The notes under the pieces: generated by a model
Told to the model about the DNA's origin: nothing
Seen by the model: the letters and a program-made list of their open reading frames with translations, nothing else
Databases searched by the model: none
Shown here: piece by piece, positions 12,181 through 28,560 of the stretch
Position numbering within the stretch: position 1 is the stretch's first letter
How the letters are laid out: every line of letters begins with the position of its first letter
Program-made: the position numbers and the translations under genes
Assembly: GCF_009914755.1 (NCBI RefSeq)
Contig: NC_060928.1
Strand: one strand, 5' to 3'
Source of the DNA: the human T2T-CHM13v2.0 reference genome, Homo sapiens
Length of the DNA: 64,000 nucleotides

Positions 12181-15100
12181 GACAACGCTGTCTGGTGATA
12201 TGTTAGTCTTTTTGTGTTGTCCTTGGTAGTTGCTTTGGTTATTTGGTGGTTTGTTGTTTTGCTTTGTTGTTTGTGCATCTCCAAATGTGAATGTAGCCAT
12301 GTGGACCTTACATTTGTCATCCTCTGCTACTTGCGTGCACACGGGGACTGGGTCATCCATCCATCTCCCTTCTCAGATTGAATGCTGAAGGGAAGGCTGA
12401 TGTGTCATGCTCACCATTCTCTCTCACTCAGCCTGTTTTTATTGGATCAAAGTGTGTTATTCTCCTATCTCCACAGCCAAGTTCTCTGATAGTCTCACCA
12501 TATAAAGTAGACACATGCAAAACAACAGTCTTCACAGGTCCCCGCTATGCAGGCCCCCAGGGTTCCCGATAGAAACCACATCTGTCCCTCCCTTTCCCGC
12601 ATGCCACTTCTTCCCTATTTGTTTTCTGTGAGTTGCAATATACAGCGGAGAGCTTGGGTTTAAGAATACCATCCATGCTATACAAATACAAAAGTCTACC
12701 TTTCTGTTTAGTGCATCCCCTGACTCTCTTAGCCAAGGGCAAATGTGGATTAAAGGATCTAACGTATACAAGCTACTTAATTCCATCAGCTTTGGAGCTA
12801 AATCAAAATTATCCCATATTTTAGCAAAATGTGAAGTTTTGCTTTTCAGTAGTTTAGAATTTTGGTTTTTCTTTTTTTTCTGTACCTACTGTTTCAGAGG
12901 GAAGTTATGAGAACTTGTTAAAAAATGCTAACTGTAGATCATATGAATCAGAGTTCTTGAGACTAGTGCTAAATTTATATTTTATTTCCTTCATTCTGTA
13001 TCACACCATGGGCATCCCTGTGAGAGAAAATAACCCAGGAGGATGGCCTGAAGAGTGTATACATTATGGGGGGAAATATAATAATCTGAGCTAACACACA
13101 CTTTCTAATTATAGAATCAGATGCAATCAATCAGAGGTCTCACATAGTTTCAAGCTTTACTAACATTTTCAAGGATAGGAGCAGTCAAGCGTTTCAGGTA
13201 ACCAAGTCTAGATCCCATGACACTCCCCAAGCCCCTCCTTCCACATTAAAAACACAGTTTTCCTGGCCAAGAATAACAGGTGAGGTGCGGGAGAGGTTCT
13301 GCAGATTATTACTCACATAAAAGAGAATTTTTAAGTTATGAAACATCTTTTTATACCCCCAAAGTGTTTTGCTGTTTATGGGCATTCTCCTACCTCTTAA
13401 ATCCATAGACCCAGGGTTGATTTACTATAAGCATTCTTTTAGCTAAGGATATCCTGTTAAAAGGATCCTGCTGATGCGATTAAGTCCTGGCAAATATCAT
13501 CCGTCTATAGAAGTCCATTGAACAGGGAGGCTGGAGCAGGTCACTGGCCTTGCTACCTTTCCTCCAGCGGGTGGGGGTAGCAAGAAGGCATCACCTTGGT
13601 AAAGCAAGCGAATGGGTCCCAAGGCAGCTTCTTACCCTCCTCCCTCCACACAATCACAGTTTTGTTTTGTTTTTTTTTAATCTTTAAGCATCCTGAAATT
13701 TCAGATGCTCTCCCCATTTTAACATTCCTTATAAGAGCCATCTTCTTCCCCAAGCACTGCCCCTTGCCTGCATTGAAGGACCCTGCTACAGATGCTGCTG
13801 CTGATTTAATGTTGCAAGAAAAGGAATATTAGCAACAAATAAGCAAAACAATGAAACGAAGGGCTTGAGATAGCAAAAGAATTCCTATCAAAAAAAGGTA
13901 ACATATGACCTAACAAGAACAAAGAAGGCAGAAACAGGCTGACCGGATTATACATCTGTCCATGTACGTTACCATAGTAGTGTGGGCGGCTATTAAAAAT
14001 CCACCTAACAGATGATTACTCTTCATTCATCCTCCTTGATACAACATTCACCAAATGGGGAGGGGGTTGTCAAAATAATCCAGGATGGACATGTTAAAAT
14101 GCGTGAGATCTGGTATGTGGGAGGAATGAGTCGGTGCAAAAAACACATAAAAAGACAATGGAAAAATAATACCAAATGGCTTAAGAAATCTCAACTTAAG
14201 GAGAAAAAAAGCTTTCTAAAGAAAACACTAGAGAGACAACAATGTTAAGTAGCCTTATAAGTGTCAATGTGTAATTTGTAAGAGATTATATACTATTATA
14301 ATAATTTTTAAATAACTGAATCCTTCTTTCCCGGTTCCCTATTTAGTAAAATTTAAAACAGTTTTTAAAAAGTCTATCTCATTTTAAATAGTAACTGAAA
14401 TAGCTGCTTTAGTGATAAATCCCATCAAGATAAAAGAGTAAATTACCATAATTCTTTTCCTAACATATTATATAAATCTTGATTCCCACAATGAAAATTT
14501 CTATAGAGAGCATATTTTACACGCATAACTTAAAAACCTGAGATTGAACATGGACAGAAAAATGAAAAAAAAAGAAACTTTATAATGAAGACATATTTCA
14601 GACACTCTTGATGATAACCATATGTGCAAGCTATGAATGTTTTTAAAAAACATTGGAGAAACTACAAAAATATATGCTAGGAATTTGTCAGATTTTAAGG
14701 ATATGTAAAGTTTTGCTTAGGTAATGGAGCTGATAAAGCGGGCAGCAGCTGTTGAGTTACATGTGGAAGAGGCTTTAGGGGAAAAAATAGAATTGGAAAA
14801 GAAAAATCTTTAAGTAGGGAAAAGAAATGAGGCACACAAAATAACATCGCAATAGGTTTTAAGAAAAATTAGTATTCATCAAGAAGGTGCAGATACAGTT
14901 CCTGTCCTTAACAACAACAAAAAAAAGCTACAAATGAATTCTGGAAAATATCTTAAATTATTGTTTCCCATTTTCCTGTGGAAGACAGTTTAGCAAGACA
15001 ATAGAATGCTTGGAACTAAAGATAGCATTTCCTTAGTCTAAGATCTTTGGCTGAAAAGCTGTTAATTTAGTTTGCTGGAGTTTCCTAAGAAAACTGCATA

Positions 15101-16649
15101 TCATGTTTCTTAATTCTTTTTGTCAAAAACATGTGTTTCCAGTAGGGTGTCTGAAATGCAGAAATGTATATTTAAATTTCTTTTAACAATTTGTGAAACA
15201 ACAGCATATCACATGTTTTATCTTATGTCTCTAGTTATTAATAAGAAGGAATTATCATCACATCTATACAGCATTCTTTTCTGATTTGTCTGCTTATATC
15301 CTTTACTTTTTATGAGCTACTGGTTTTTGTCTTATTATCTTATAAAATATATTTAAATAATATGGAGAAAGATTTTTATATACTTGTTTTATAGTCTTAT
15401 ATTTTGAAACAAAACTGAACTCACTAATAAATTGATATAAAACTAGGGAATGTGGGAAAATTGCCTTTTATCATTACGATAAGATAGGGTATCCTTTCAG
15501 CACACTTAATTTAACTGTATAGCTAATTAAAATATCTTCTCATTAAGGACTGCTGCCCATCACTTATAAAAAGAACTCAACCCTTCTCATGATTTTTCTT
15601 TTTTTTCCCCTTCTCATGACTTTTCTGGCACAAATGAGGTCCCTGGCAGTCTAGTAAAATATAATGAGTTTTTTTGAGGTACTTCTAAAAATTCTGTGTA
15701 TCATAAAAGGTGACTTGTGGGTCTCACTCCACCATAACCTGCTTAAATCCAGGATCTCACCTTTTTAATCCAGCAAGATCCCCGGCCAAAAAAGATTAAT
15801 GGGCCAGAAGAAGCTTAAAGAGCTTTTGACACTTTTACATAAACATTTCTAACTTAAAAATAGAGGGTCTTTTTATTTTTGGACCAACAAAACTTACCCT
15901 TACTTAATTAAAACCATCAGTGAAGTTTGCCAATGACTTTCCAGCAGGCTTGTAACTACCAGTATGCAAGGGTGAATAAAGAAAAATTAGGCCAAAGCTT
16001 TCATCTTTAATAAACAGAAGTAGTCAATAGGTGAGCCCATGACTGCTAATTTCCTTTCAAACATCCATTCTCTCCTTCTCTCTCACATTAACAGAATTCC
16101 CATTTACAACTGGACACACTCCTAAATGGTCACATTTCCCAAGCTGTGATGAAGCTGGGTACAGTTATTGACCAAGTTATGGACAAGGAGCTCTAACTAT
16201 AACCAAGTAGGGATCCAATTCAGTCTGAAATCTTACTGCTGCCTCAGGACTCCCCTGTAATGGATAGCTATGTAGCCCCCCAAATTTCCTCATGTGTTTC
16301 AGATTAAAAAGCACCATCTATGTGAAAGATGGTTCAAATCATTATCTCCTGTCTAGACTTCCATCAAGGACGTTGTGAAGCAAAGAGAATCTTACTCTAG
16401 TGGACTCTTCCTTCTATCTTCTCATGTCTGGCCATCTTTGGTCATAAAAGGAAAGTAACCTCTAAAGGTGATGGAGCTTGGCTTACGCCATCAATTGTGC
16501 ATGTGAGTATGTTTATGTCTGTATGTGTGTTTCTATGCTTGTGAACAGAAGGGGAAATTGTCCTTTCCAGGAAGGCAACATACAATAGAATCAGTATTAA
16601 TTACTACTGATATTATTATTGCCACTGGGATCCTACATGTCTGGCAGGA

Positions 16650-16860
16650 ATTTAGGACATAATGTTTAATTGATCCCACCTCTGCTACCAGTTGTGTTAG
16701 CCCAAACAAGTCACTTATCCTCTCTTGTGCTTAATTCTCTTACCAGTATAAAAGGGTTAATTACTTTTTAAAATGGTCTTATAAAATGACACAAAAAAAT
16801 AAAGAACTGAGAACTGTTCCATGCATACAGCAAGCACTCAAAGAATGTTAGTAACTAATA
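16650..16860 (+). mobile_element. MIR relic
   Basis: atcccacctctgctacc...caagtcacttatcctctc core motif. Confidence 0.65.
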
Positions 16861-16972
16861 TCACTGGTAGTGTTAATCTAGATGATGATATAATTTGGTT
16901 ATTTAGTCACTTACTGAGTTCAAACTATGTTCACAGAAACAATACTTAAACTACTGTTCATAAGAATTATAC

Positions 16973-17261
16973 GGCTGGGCGTGGTGGCTTATGCCTGTAA
17001 TACTAGCACTTTGGGAGGCCGAGGCAGGTGGATTGCCTGAGCTCAGGAGTTCGAGACTAGCCTGGGCAACATGATGAAACCCCGTCTTTACTAAAAATGC
17101 AAAAAACTAGCCAGGTGCGGTGGTGCGTGCCTGTAATCCTAGCTACTCAGGCGGCTGAGGCAGGAGAATCACTTGAACCCGGGAGGCGGTGGTGGCTCAC
17201 TTGTGCCACTGCACTCCAGCCTGGGCAACAGAGCGAGAATCTGTCTCAAAAAAAAAAAAAA
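16973..17261 (+). mobile_element. AluS with rearranged right monomer
   Basis: Alu body plus poly-A; normal gaggttgcagtgagccgagat segment replaced at about 17189-17200. Confidence 0.93.
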
Positions 17262-17523
17262 TGCTTTGAATATACTCTAAAAGTCTCTGAAATATTATTG
17301 CTCTTTATTGAATTATATTGACATGTGTGATCAATTATAAATATGTTCTTGCATCAGAACATTGTCAAAGCATATGCTTCTACAATAGATGAGGAAACAT
17401 AACTCCAATAGTAGTAGTATATTTATAAATAAGAAAATAATTTCCATCATGAAGAAAATTAGGATTATCTTTAACCAATCTGTTTATATGTTTAATGTGA
17501 TATTTCACATTACTTGGAATTTC

Positions 17524-17588
17524 ACACTGAAATCTTTATAATGTCAACTTAATTTTAACACTGAAATCTTTATAGTGTCAACTTAATT
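17524..17588. repeat. Tandem duplication, 31-bp copies, 34-bp period
   Basis: acactgaaatctttata[a/g]tgtcaacttaatt at 17524 and 17558. Confidence 0.9.
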
Positions 17589-18404
17589 ATTAATAACTTT
17601 CAATAACAAAAGATTCAGAATCTTCCTTTTTAATATTCAGTGTGATCTATTTAAAAAAAATCATCTCCAATCTTCAATTATCTAATCTCAAAAAATAATA
17701 TTCCATCTCAATCACTTAATCTCAAATTCACTTAAATGTCAAATTTGGCTTTGCTTCTTATACACTCTGTATGCACTTTTTCCAATTCATTAGAGCACTG
17801 AAAAAGACAGTGGAAACATAATTTTGTTCATATATGGATAGAGAATTTCAGTATTTTAATCAGAGTCTTTAAGTAAATCCACGCATGATCCTGCCAAAAA
17901 AAAATCATGGACCATCATTCCCAAAGAAAAAAATGAAATATAAATAAGATTACATAATCATAACCTGCTAAATAAGATGAAATAGCAAAGGCATCAAATA
18001 ATTCCTAGGAAAAAATAGAATTATGCCTTCATTTTGTTTATTCAGTAAATTTAATGCATTTTGAAAATCCAGTTTTGTATGCAAGAATAGAGTGAGATGT
18101 ATTTTACACCACAGAAAGTATTCAAATCCTGACCATGAGCCATCACCTTGTTTGCTGCACTAGCTTTCTTGCCTTTGTTTTTGGAGTGGAATTTTACATT
18201 TACTTACTGGAGTGTACCATATTTCCAAAAACAGCTAACAAAAATGGCAACACAAATTATATTAGCCTTATACAGCTGGTACAGGAAGTCTATATAGGAT
18301 GGCTGTCCTTCTTCAGTACTTCATTTCTCTTGGGCAATAATCCAGGTCACTAGAACTAGAATGGGAGGGTAATCTGCTTCTCAGGGAGTAATAGAAGACC
18401 CAGT

Positions 18405-18630
18405 TTGTGTGGTAACTGAACACAAGCCTTGAAGACCAAGAGAGATGAGCTTAAATCCTGCTTGCCTACCTAATACTTACATGATTCATAATGTGGGGTA
18501 AAATATGCTTATGTAAAATGGAGCTTCTAATACATCAGGATTAATGTGAAGGGTTAATGTGAAGATTGTAAGAGAAAAGGTAATGTGAAATACCTGACAC
18601 ATGTTAGACCCTCAATTCATGTTAGCTTCC
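18405..18630 (+). mobile_element. MIR relic
   Basis: tgtaaaatggagc...gtgaagatt...catgttagc. Confidence 0.55.
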
Positions 18631-19621
18631 TCTCCAAGCTAAAGTAGTGTTTAGGGAATTTCTGTTAACACATAATGATACCCAAATGTCCTATAAGTCC
18701 CACAATGGTCTTCTTGAGTATCCTGATGTCAGCAATCAGTCCACATTAATAGATTTTTACCTCCTCCACATCTTTATGCTAAAAGTTCCCTTGGACTCTT
18801 CAGCCTGATATTAGTCCAGCTCCATAATTATCTCAGAGCCCTCAAAGATCCTAAGGTATTAGTCAGGAAGTACAAATTACCTTATTCTTGTATGTAGATA
18901 GAAGCCAAACTGGAAAGGTTCCCAAAGGCTTCCAGACTTACCTCTGCTCTGAAACTCACACCAAAAAGAAGAAATCTGATATTGGAGAAATGAAAACTTT
19001 CCCAAGGTGGTATAATGAAATAAAAGGAAGAAAGCAATTCAAGAAGCCCAATTTGAACATCTCTACATAGATGAAACTAGCTCATTTGATTTCCCTTCTA
19101 GTGGAATGAAGTCAAAGTCTGGAAAAAGATGAGTTTATTTGGGGCTTACAGTAACACTTACATTATAAAACTCTGACAAACTCTAAAGCAAAAATCTCTA
19201 GCTACTGGTAATTTTAAATCTACCTAACATAAAATTTAATTGAATATGAAAAAGCTTTCAACTTTTCTTTTCCTATCTTTTCTTCATTTCATTAACTGAT
19301 GAAAAGAGATACTGTATTAGCAGTTATAAACAGAAACACATCATTGCCCACTACAATTGCCCTATAATTTAATCAGTACATCTTGTAGCTCATTTTTATC
19401 TGTACTGGTAACTAAAATATAATCCACGCTTGTTATTTGTCTAGGATATCATAATAACATGACTTCATATGTAGATACTATATTATTCATATAAAAATTG
19501 ATTTATAAATCTTTTTCTAGAAAATATAAATGCTGAATCTTTGCTAAGGTATAGGTTAAACAGTTATTACAAACTTTGTCAAAGACAATCTTTATAGTCC
19601 CTGACATTTCATAACATGATT

Positions 19622-19645
19622 TATATATATATATATATATATATA
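19622..19645. repeat. (TA)n microsatellite
   Basis: About 12 TA units. Confidence 0.95.
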
Positions 19646-19912
19646 CAACATACAAGTGAAAAGATTAACAACTTGAGAGTGTTTTTTCTTTAGAAGAATA
19701 TTTTACTGCAAAGGTAGAGAGCCATGGGAATGTGTATGAGCACATTGAATTTAGAGTTCAAGTTCTGGCTACGAGATACCTGGGAAAGTAACACACATTG
19801 AATAGTGAGAGGCAAGCATATACCTGCCTCATCAGCAGATGAAGTGTGAGCAGAAGTCGGTGATGGAGGGGAAGGTTCCAAGCTTCCAATACTCCATGCT
19901 CACCTTCCTGCA

Positions 19913-20248
19913 GTTTTGGGTTTTTTTTTGTTGCTTTGTGTTTTTTTGTTGTTGTTTGTTTGTTTTTAAGACAAGATCGGGCTCTCTTGCCCAGGCTGGA
20001 GTGCAGTGGCGTGAGCTTGGCTCACTGCAGCCTCTGCCTCCCATGCTCAAGTCATCCTCCCACCTCAGCCTCCCAAGTAGCTGAGACCACAGGCATGCAC
20101 CACCATGCCCAGCTAATTTTTGTATTTTTTGTAGACACAGGGTCTCATCATGTTGCTCAGGCTGGTATCCAACTCCTGAGCTCAAGAGATCCTCCTGCCT
20201 CAGCCTCCCAAAGTGCTGGGATTACAGCTGTGAGCCATCATGCCCAAT
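19913..20248 (-). mobile_element. AluJ
   Basis: AluJ-type gctcactgcagcctc, catcctcccacctcagcc and gatcctcctgcctcagcc; T/G-rich tail. Confidence 0.93.
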
Positions 20249-20953
20249 CTCATCTTTCTGCTTTTGAATCAAGTCCTCATGGCTGGCATTGCCTCAGCCA
20301 TCTTGATATCATAAGACAACAAGCATGAAGAGTAAAAATGGTCATCATTCCTGATTTGCCTGGGATCATCTAGGTTTGCCTAGAATAGTCCTATTCGAAT
20401 ATTTGTCCTAGGTATTTCCTTTCAAATAAATAATCATTATTAATAGTTGCACTCAAATAAGCAAAGATGCATTTGGTAGCTCTCTACTTTCTACTTCCTG
20501 CTTCCTGTTTCTGACACGACCATATTAGTAGCGTGTGGGAATCTTATGCAACAATTAGAGCTCTCATTTTAACACATGCTTAAATCTAAAGGTTAGCAGT
20601 GACCTGTCTTTATTGCTGACGTTCGCCAAATGAAATATTACTCAAATCACCTTACAGAAACAGCAGGCAGTATAATTAAAGACAAAAAGAATTACACCGG
20701 ACACCATTTTCTAGGAACAGACCAAAGTGGCAGTGAGAGAATGCTTTGATGCTCCTGCCATTCCGACCACACATTGTAACCCCCAAAGGTGCTGTGGCCC
20801 TTGCTAAAGACTGCGAAAGGAACACAGCAGACAGGCCACTAGTCAGAGAGATAAGTAAGGAATATGGGAAAGGATAGGTGAGGTGTATATGAAATATATG
20901 AGGGAAATCAAGGCTGAGTGCTTCTGCCTGAGAACGAATCAAGAGAAGCCTGA

Positions 20954-21324
<371 letters not shown>

Positions 21325-22177
21325 TTATACAATTTATTTTGGGAAAGCTTTTTAATTTTGTAAAGAACATTAGTTCTTAAGTTCATGTTTAATGAAAATA
21401 TTAATACCACACTTCCATTTATCATCTGAGAGAAATTAATAATGAATATGTAAGTTTTCAAAGTGTTTGTCAACCAGGGATCATAATAATTACTATACCT
21501 GATCACATGAAAATCAGAAACACACAACCACTGAGGAAGAATCAGCAACTTTTTAAAAGTCTGGCAGTTATATTATGAAGATGGTAACGGAATACAATGA
21601 TTTACGATGTGAAACTGGAAATGGGTGTTTACACATCACTCTGTGGAGTGCGACTTTGCATTTACATCAAGTGCCTGACTTCTAGATTAATTTTATGCAT
21701 TATTCTATTCCAAGTTTTCTTGTGAACATACGAAGAGCTATAAATTTGTTACTTCCATTTAGCAAATGATCTTCAAAAGCAGTTAAATAATCCTGTGTCA
21801 TAAATGCTTCAAGTAGAAGCATAGAAATAAAAATAGAAAATTAGTTAAATTTAATTCTTAAAATGATTTGAATTTTAAATCTAATTTACATATTTAAAAT
21901 AAAGCTCTTACAAGCTCATTCTGCTGAAACTGAAACGTGATATAATGGTAAACACTATCGTAAATGTAGTTAAAATGTTCATCGACAAAAAATTATTTGC
22001 TTTTATGGTGATAATGTGAATACAAGTCTTATTGTAGTATAGCTTTGGAATAAAATCAATGTTCTTAATACATGTATTTGGAAGTGGCTGAGATGAATTA
22101 GAATTCATAACTGCATCCAAACTAGTTTCTAGTTTCAATATTGTACTAATATTGTAGTAATCAAAATACAGCTGTAG

Positions 22178-22597
<420 letters not shown>

Positions 22598-23999
22598 TAA
22601 AAAATTAACAACATTCAAAAACACTGGCAAATGTTTATTCAAAGTATCCAATAAAAGGAATGCCAAAAAATACACTGGCTTTTACAGTTTGGGGTCAATT
22701 GCAATTACTAGGAATAGGCTAGAACAGAAAAACACGCATAAGATCAAGGAAATTGGAAGATCAAATGTGCCTTAAGATTTAATATTTAAATTCTCTGTAT
22801 TTAGAAATATATTGGATTGTGGGAAGAATCTTTCAATAGGGCTTATGTTTTTCACTGGATAATTTTATACTCTGTATAAGATTAAAATAACATTGAGATG
22901 ACCTACAATTACATGGTGTTGAAATTTGACAAAATAATCAAGTTTTGACAAATTTAAATATGACAATTTTCTAATATGATAATCTGAAAATTTTTGTCCA
23001 AGAAAATTACTCTGAATCAAGGCACAAAGATAGTATTTGTAAAATATTTTAGCTGAAATATTTATTATTTTACAATATGAAAATATTAGAAGAATATGTT
23101 CCTTTTAGCAAAATTTTCTCTAAGCTTACAGGAACCTCAACATGTAGAAAGTGATTATTGACAATTCAAAAACATTATTTTTCATAGGGAAATGCAAATT
23201 GAAAGAGTACTAATTTTGATTTTAATAACTATATAATAAAATAAACTGAACGTAGAGTCAGATCGTCAAATCAGTGCCTTAACCATTCCTATATGCAGAA
23301 GCTTATTTAGTCACTTCGCTTTCAATTAAAAGTGTACTTACAATAGTATTTTAGTAAAACCAAATAGGTGCCCATGCTGTTAATAAAATACTATTTAAAA
23401 TATTGTTCACTTTATCTAATGCTTTTCTAATTTGGTTTTTGTTATTTTTAATAATCCACATAAATGTGTATAATTTAAAATAAGTGTACACCTGTTGGAT
23501 ATGCATGTGGAAAATGTTTTTACTCATAGAGTGCACAAAAAGTTAAGTTTGGAGACCAACACAAGAAATGTATAGCTTGTCTTCTGACACTGCCTATTAG
23601 GACGGAAGGACACGGCTTTGAGAAAATGATTCTTTCTATTAAGAAATGTCCAGTCATTTCTGAAAGCACTGAACTATTCACTGACCACAGTTCAAGTACA
23701 GACAAGGAATGTGGTTTCCACAGTCACTGTGAGCTGTGTTTTCACTATAAACAGAAGTCCAAGAGTAGCTAGTACATGTTAAATACAGATTATGGCATTT
23801 TTTTAATAGCTAGAAGAGACGTATGATTCCCTGAAAAGGAAAGCTGAGGCCTGTGGCCTTGCACAATGTTGTGCAGTGGCCGAGCTAGACCTACGTCTCC
23901 CAACACATATCCTCATGCTTTATCCCAAACTGTACTGGATGCCTTGTTCATAGTTAGCTCTACTTAATAGAGTACTGGTTAAGAATGAAGGTATAATTC

Positions 24000-24320
<321 letters not shown>

Positions 24321-27300
24321 CTAATGAACCTTCTTTCTTTCTACTGGATTTTTTTTCTAAATGTTAAAGACTCTTCTTGCCTTTAGTTTAACTGGTTTTG
24401 GAGTTAGAGGGTCATTGTTATTTAGCAAATTATTCTTATTTTTTAAGGAGGACGTGAAACTGCAGTGGTTTCTAGAGAGAAAATAGATTAATAAAACAGA
24501 AGAGATTTTTATTTTTCATACACTTATACTTTCCTTTATAAAATAAGTGTCCGGAAGTGAGCATTTTTCTCTTTTATGAATCCTGAAGGCTTGAAAAGAC
24601 TTATTGCAAAAATGTTTACAGAATGCCTTCTAATAATATAAACCTGCTCATTAACACGATGAGACTTAGGACAAGAATGTTGCAATAAATGGAATGAAAT
24701 ATTACAGTTTTAAAGGCATTAGTCTGGAAAATTTCCTATGTGGGAAAAGCTTGCTCTAGCGATACAAGCCTTTACCTGGGAAAATTATCTAGCTGTTTTC
24801 TCTTTTTCTTGTCCACACGTGGTGCCTTGGCTAAATGGTTTCATAACAAGCATTACAAGCTTATAAGACTGCAACATTACTCCCCACTTCCACTACCACT
24901 TCTCCAGCCAAAAATAAGTAATGGAAATTGAAATATCATCCATAAGGGCTTGGCACAAAAGAGGAGTGTATTGCAGAGTCATTTCAGAAAGAAAATATTT
25001 ACTGCCCAACGAAGTGGGCGCTGCAGTAGGCCTGGCTGGCATGTGGTGGGCAGTGCAGAGAACTGAAAATGCACCAAGAAACGCAGTATGAAACTTTTGG
25101 CTATTTTGTTTTTCTGTTTAGATTATAATATGCAAAAGAGGTAGAATATAAACAGATGTTGAATCTTTATTCATCACATTTTGCTCTACTTGGTTTTATA
25201 GTATAGTTTGGCCAAAGTACTCAGGTTTATCATAGACATTTCTACTTAGTATTAAACTCTGAAAACTAAAGTAATGAAGCTCTACTGAAAAGACTTGGTT
25301 ATATTCTTGATTAATTTGCATGGATACAGTTGTCTGAGAATACATTTTAAGCACATTTCAACAATATTCATATCTTGAGGAACACTTACTTTATTAAGTG
25401 ACAGATGCAAAAGAAACTCAGATGAGACTACCTCATGCTGTAAATCTAAGGTTTATGTGGAATAAATAAGTACACATTATCTTTCAATAGATTCAGAGCT
25501 GTGATGAAGTAAAAGAAAGAAACAAAGTTTTAAAAGCTCAGAAAAACCAGTGAATTTTAAGTTTACCGCCCTATGACAAGGAACAAAATAGCAGGCTTCA
25601 ATTTTAGAACTCTAATTACTTTTTTCTGTATTTAAACACTTTCATAAGCAAAAAGGAACATCCTTATATGCCTGATATCACCTATCTCAGTCAAAATATT
25701 TTGAAAACTAAGCCTCATAATGAAACCTCATTAGTTCATGCTCAACGCCAGGAGTACTTTGTACTTTGGAAGTTATAGGGGCCGTTGTTACAGGTCTATT
25801 GCTCTGTTGTTACTCTCTGAAGAATACATTCCCACTGGTGGAAAGATGTGTAAAACAAAGATAAACTCAGTGATTAAAATACAAATAAAGTAATATGGTT
25901 CTGCATTTGTAAAACTGTCCTGACCCATATTGATTGGATGAGGCATGTATACGACTTGCCAGGTGTAATATTACTCCTTCCTAAATCTATCCTTGCTGCT
26001 CTCCTTCACTCTTCAAACGTTTCCCTTTGAAATAGAATGAGATCATGCTGTTATGAGTCAATGATTCCCCCTCAAAAAATGTACACAGGGCTTTGGGCAT
26101 ATTAGTTAATCCAATAGGTGTAAATATAAACAAAACAACACTCCTAACATGTTGATGCTTTCAGTTTAGTAAGTGGGAGAAGTATATAAACTATTAAATT
26201 ATAAAGCATAATGTGATAAGCCCTTCGGAGATAGAAACACACAAAGAAGGAGGATGATGAAGATATCCAACAGTGGTAGAAGAAATATGATCTCTCAGAT
26301 ACATCACAGCCTTGTACCTGTCTTGGGACTATTTAAACCAAACTATATTTTAATATGAAGAGTTAGTTCTGTCTCATTCCTGTCTCCAAAGAACTTATAT
26401 ATTCCCTATAGCTAAAGGAAAAGCTAAAAATCGTTAATCTTAACTTTCTTTTCTCTGGTTCTTTTTGTTCTCAACACAGTCAACAGTTGTTTTATTTTAT
26501 TGGACATGCCATGCAAGCTCCAGAGATGAATAATGTTAGTCATCAAACATAGATATAACATTAAGTCGCTCTCAAACAAGGCATCTTCTTTCGTTAATAA
26601 CATTCTGTAAAAATTGTGCTTTTTGAAAATGCTTGGAAACAGCATTAGCAGTTTCAAAACAAAACTGCCAGGGAAGTTTATTTTATAGTCAAGATTACTT
26701 CCATGTTAATATTCTTCTTTTTAAAGAGAAAAATTTTAGCCGAGACCAGAGCAACAACGAAAAGCATAACATAAGCTTAAACTTAAAAAAAAAATCTTTA
26801 GAGGCTTTTCATCTGTTTTTTGGGGGGGGGGTTTTTTTGTTGTTTTTTTTAAGTTTCAACATGAACTCATCTTTCTAAGGAGCATTTTGGGTATTATACA
26901 GCTTATTTTATGCATTTCACAAGCTAAATTTAGACAATTATACTCAACTCTGAATTTCAGTTTTATAAGAACCTTTTTTTGCTTGGTGAGGTTCTTTTGA
27001 GCCTCAAAAGCTGATTCTCATTTTAATCCCTTTGAATTCTTAAGGATAAAAGCTATTCAAATAATTTGAAGACTTCTATCAAGAATCCTGGCATTTTTCC
27101 TGCAGATAAAATGAGCATTCCTTTCTTCCCACATACCAAACAGTGAAGGCAATATAATTGTTTTCTAAACACAGATTTTATTTCTTCTCAGTTAATATTA
27201 CATAATTTTGGCACAATATATTATTAAATCATTGACATTTTTATAAATAACTATGTGGCACTATGTATGACATTTACACGATACCTGGCATAAACATGTA

Positions 27301-27479
27301 CATAAATTAATTATCTATTATTTAGGATAATTATCCATTATTAGGATTTGCTAAGAAGATGGCATTTAGCTCTTCCTAGCAAAGTGCCAAATTCTTGAGA
27401 CAGGAAATCATATCTAATTTTAAAAGCAACATAACAAGTGATATTAATAATCACAGTGTCTCTGTATGGTAATCATTAT

Positions 27480-27730
27480 TACTGTCATCAACATCATAGT
27501 GAATATTAACTGGGAACTGAGATTGAGATAGGCACAGTTCTAAGAACTTATTTCTCATATCTCAATCTTTGCAGTGGTCCCATGAATAATAACTATTATT
27601 GTGCCCATTTTACACATGAAGAAACTAAGACCTAGAAAAATATTAAATAAATATTAGATAAACCCTACTAAAGTCTAAGCCACAGAAATTAAATCCTACA
27701 ACCTCACATTCCCAGATGCTCTCTATATTT
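27480..27730 (-). mobile_element. MIR relic
   Basis: cccattttacacatgaagaaactaagacc core. Confidence 0.65.
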
Positions 27731-28061
27731 TACATTCACCAAAGGTTTTTCTAAAACACTTTTTGACACTTTTTGCCTTGCAGTGTAGAAGTTTGGCCAG
27801 TGAGCAAACCCATATTTTGAATTCTAAATATATTATAGATGATAACTCAGATGACTTGTACTTTTCTCTCTATATTTTACTATTAGTTGAATCCAGGAGA
27901 AAACAAAACATTATTTTTAAAATGTTGAAGAAATAAAAAAACTGTCAATCTCAAATGCTATGTCCAGGGAAACATATATTTAAAGAATCAAGGCAAAATA
28001 AAAACTTTTCCAGATACACAAAAGCTTTAAGAGTCCATTTCTGACAGACATGTGTTAAAAA

Positions 28062-28079
28062 ATATATACACACACACAA

Positions 28080-28122
<43 letters not shown>
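28062..28122. repeat. Compound (CA)n(TA)n microsatellite
   Basis: Seen directly. Confidence 0.95.
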
Positions 28123-28168
28123 GCAGAATTATGCAATGAGAGTAGATAAACTCAAATCTGCATGTCTA

Positions 28169-28525
<357 letters not shown>

Positions 28526-28560
28526 AAAAGTGCTAGGAATGATAAGTATGGAAGTATATC

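Noticed and set aside
13755-14115. Possible plus-strand exons ending at AAG|gtaaca (about 13897) and CTG|gtatgt (about 14112)
   Set aside because: Splice signals moderate and no recognisable product; not distinguishable from chance.
25725-25834. Minus-strand acceptor ctttgttttacacatctttccaccag
   Set aside because: All three frames close quickly and no convincing donor was found.
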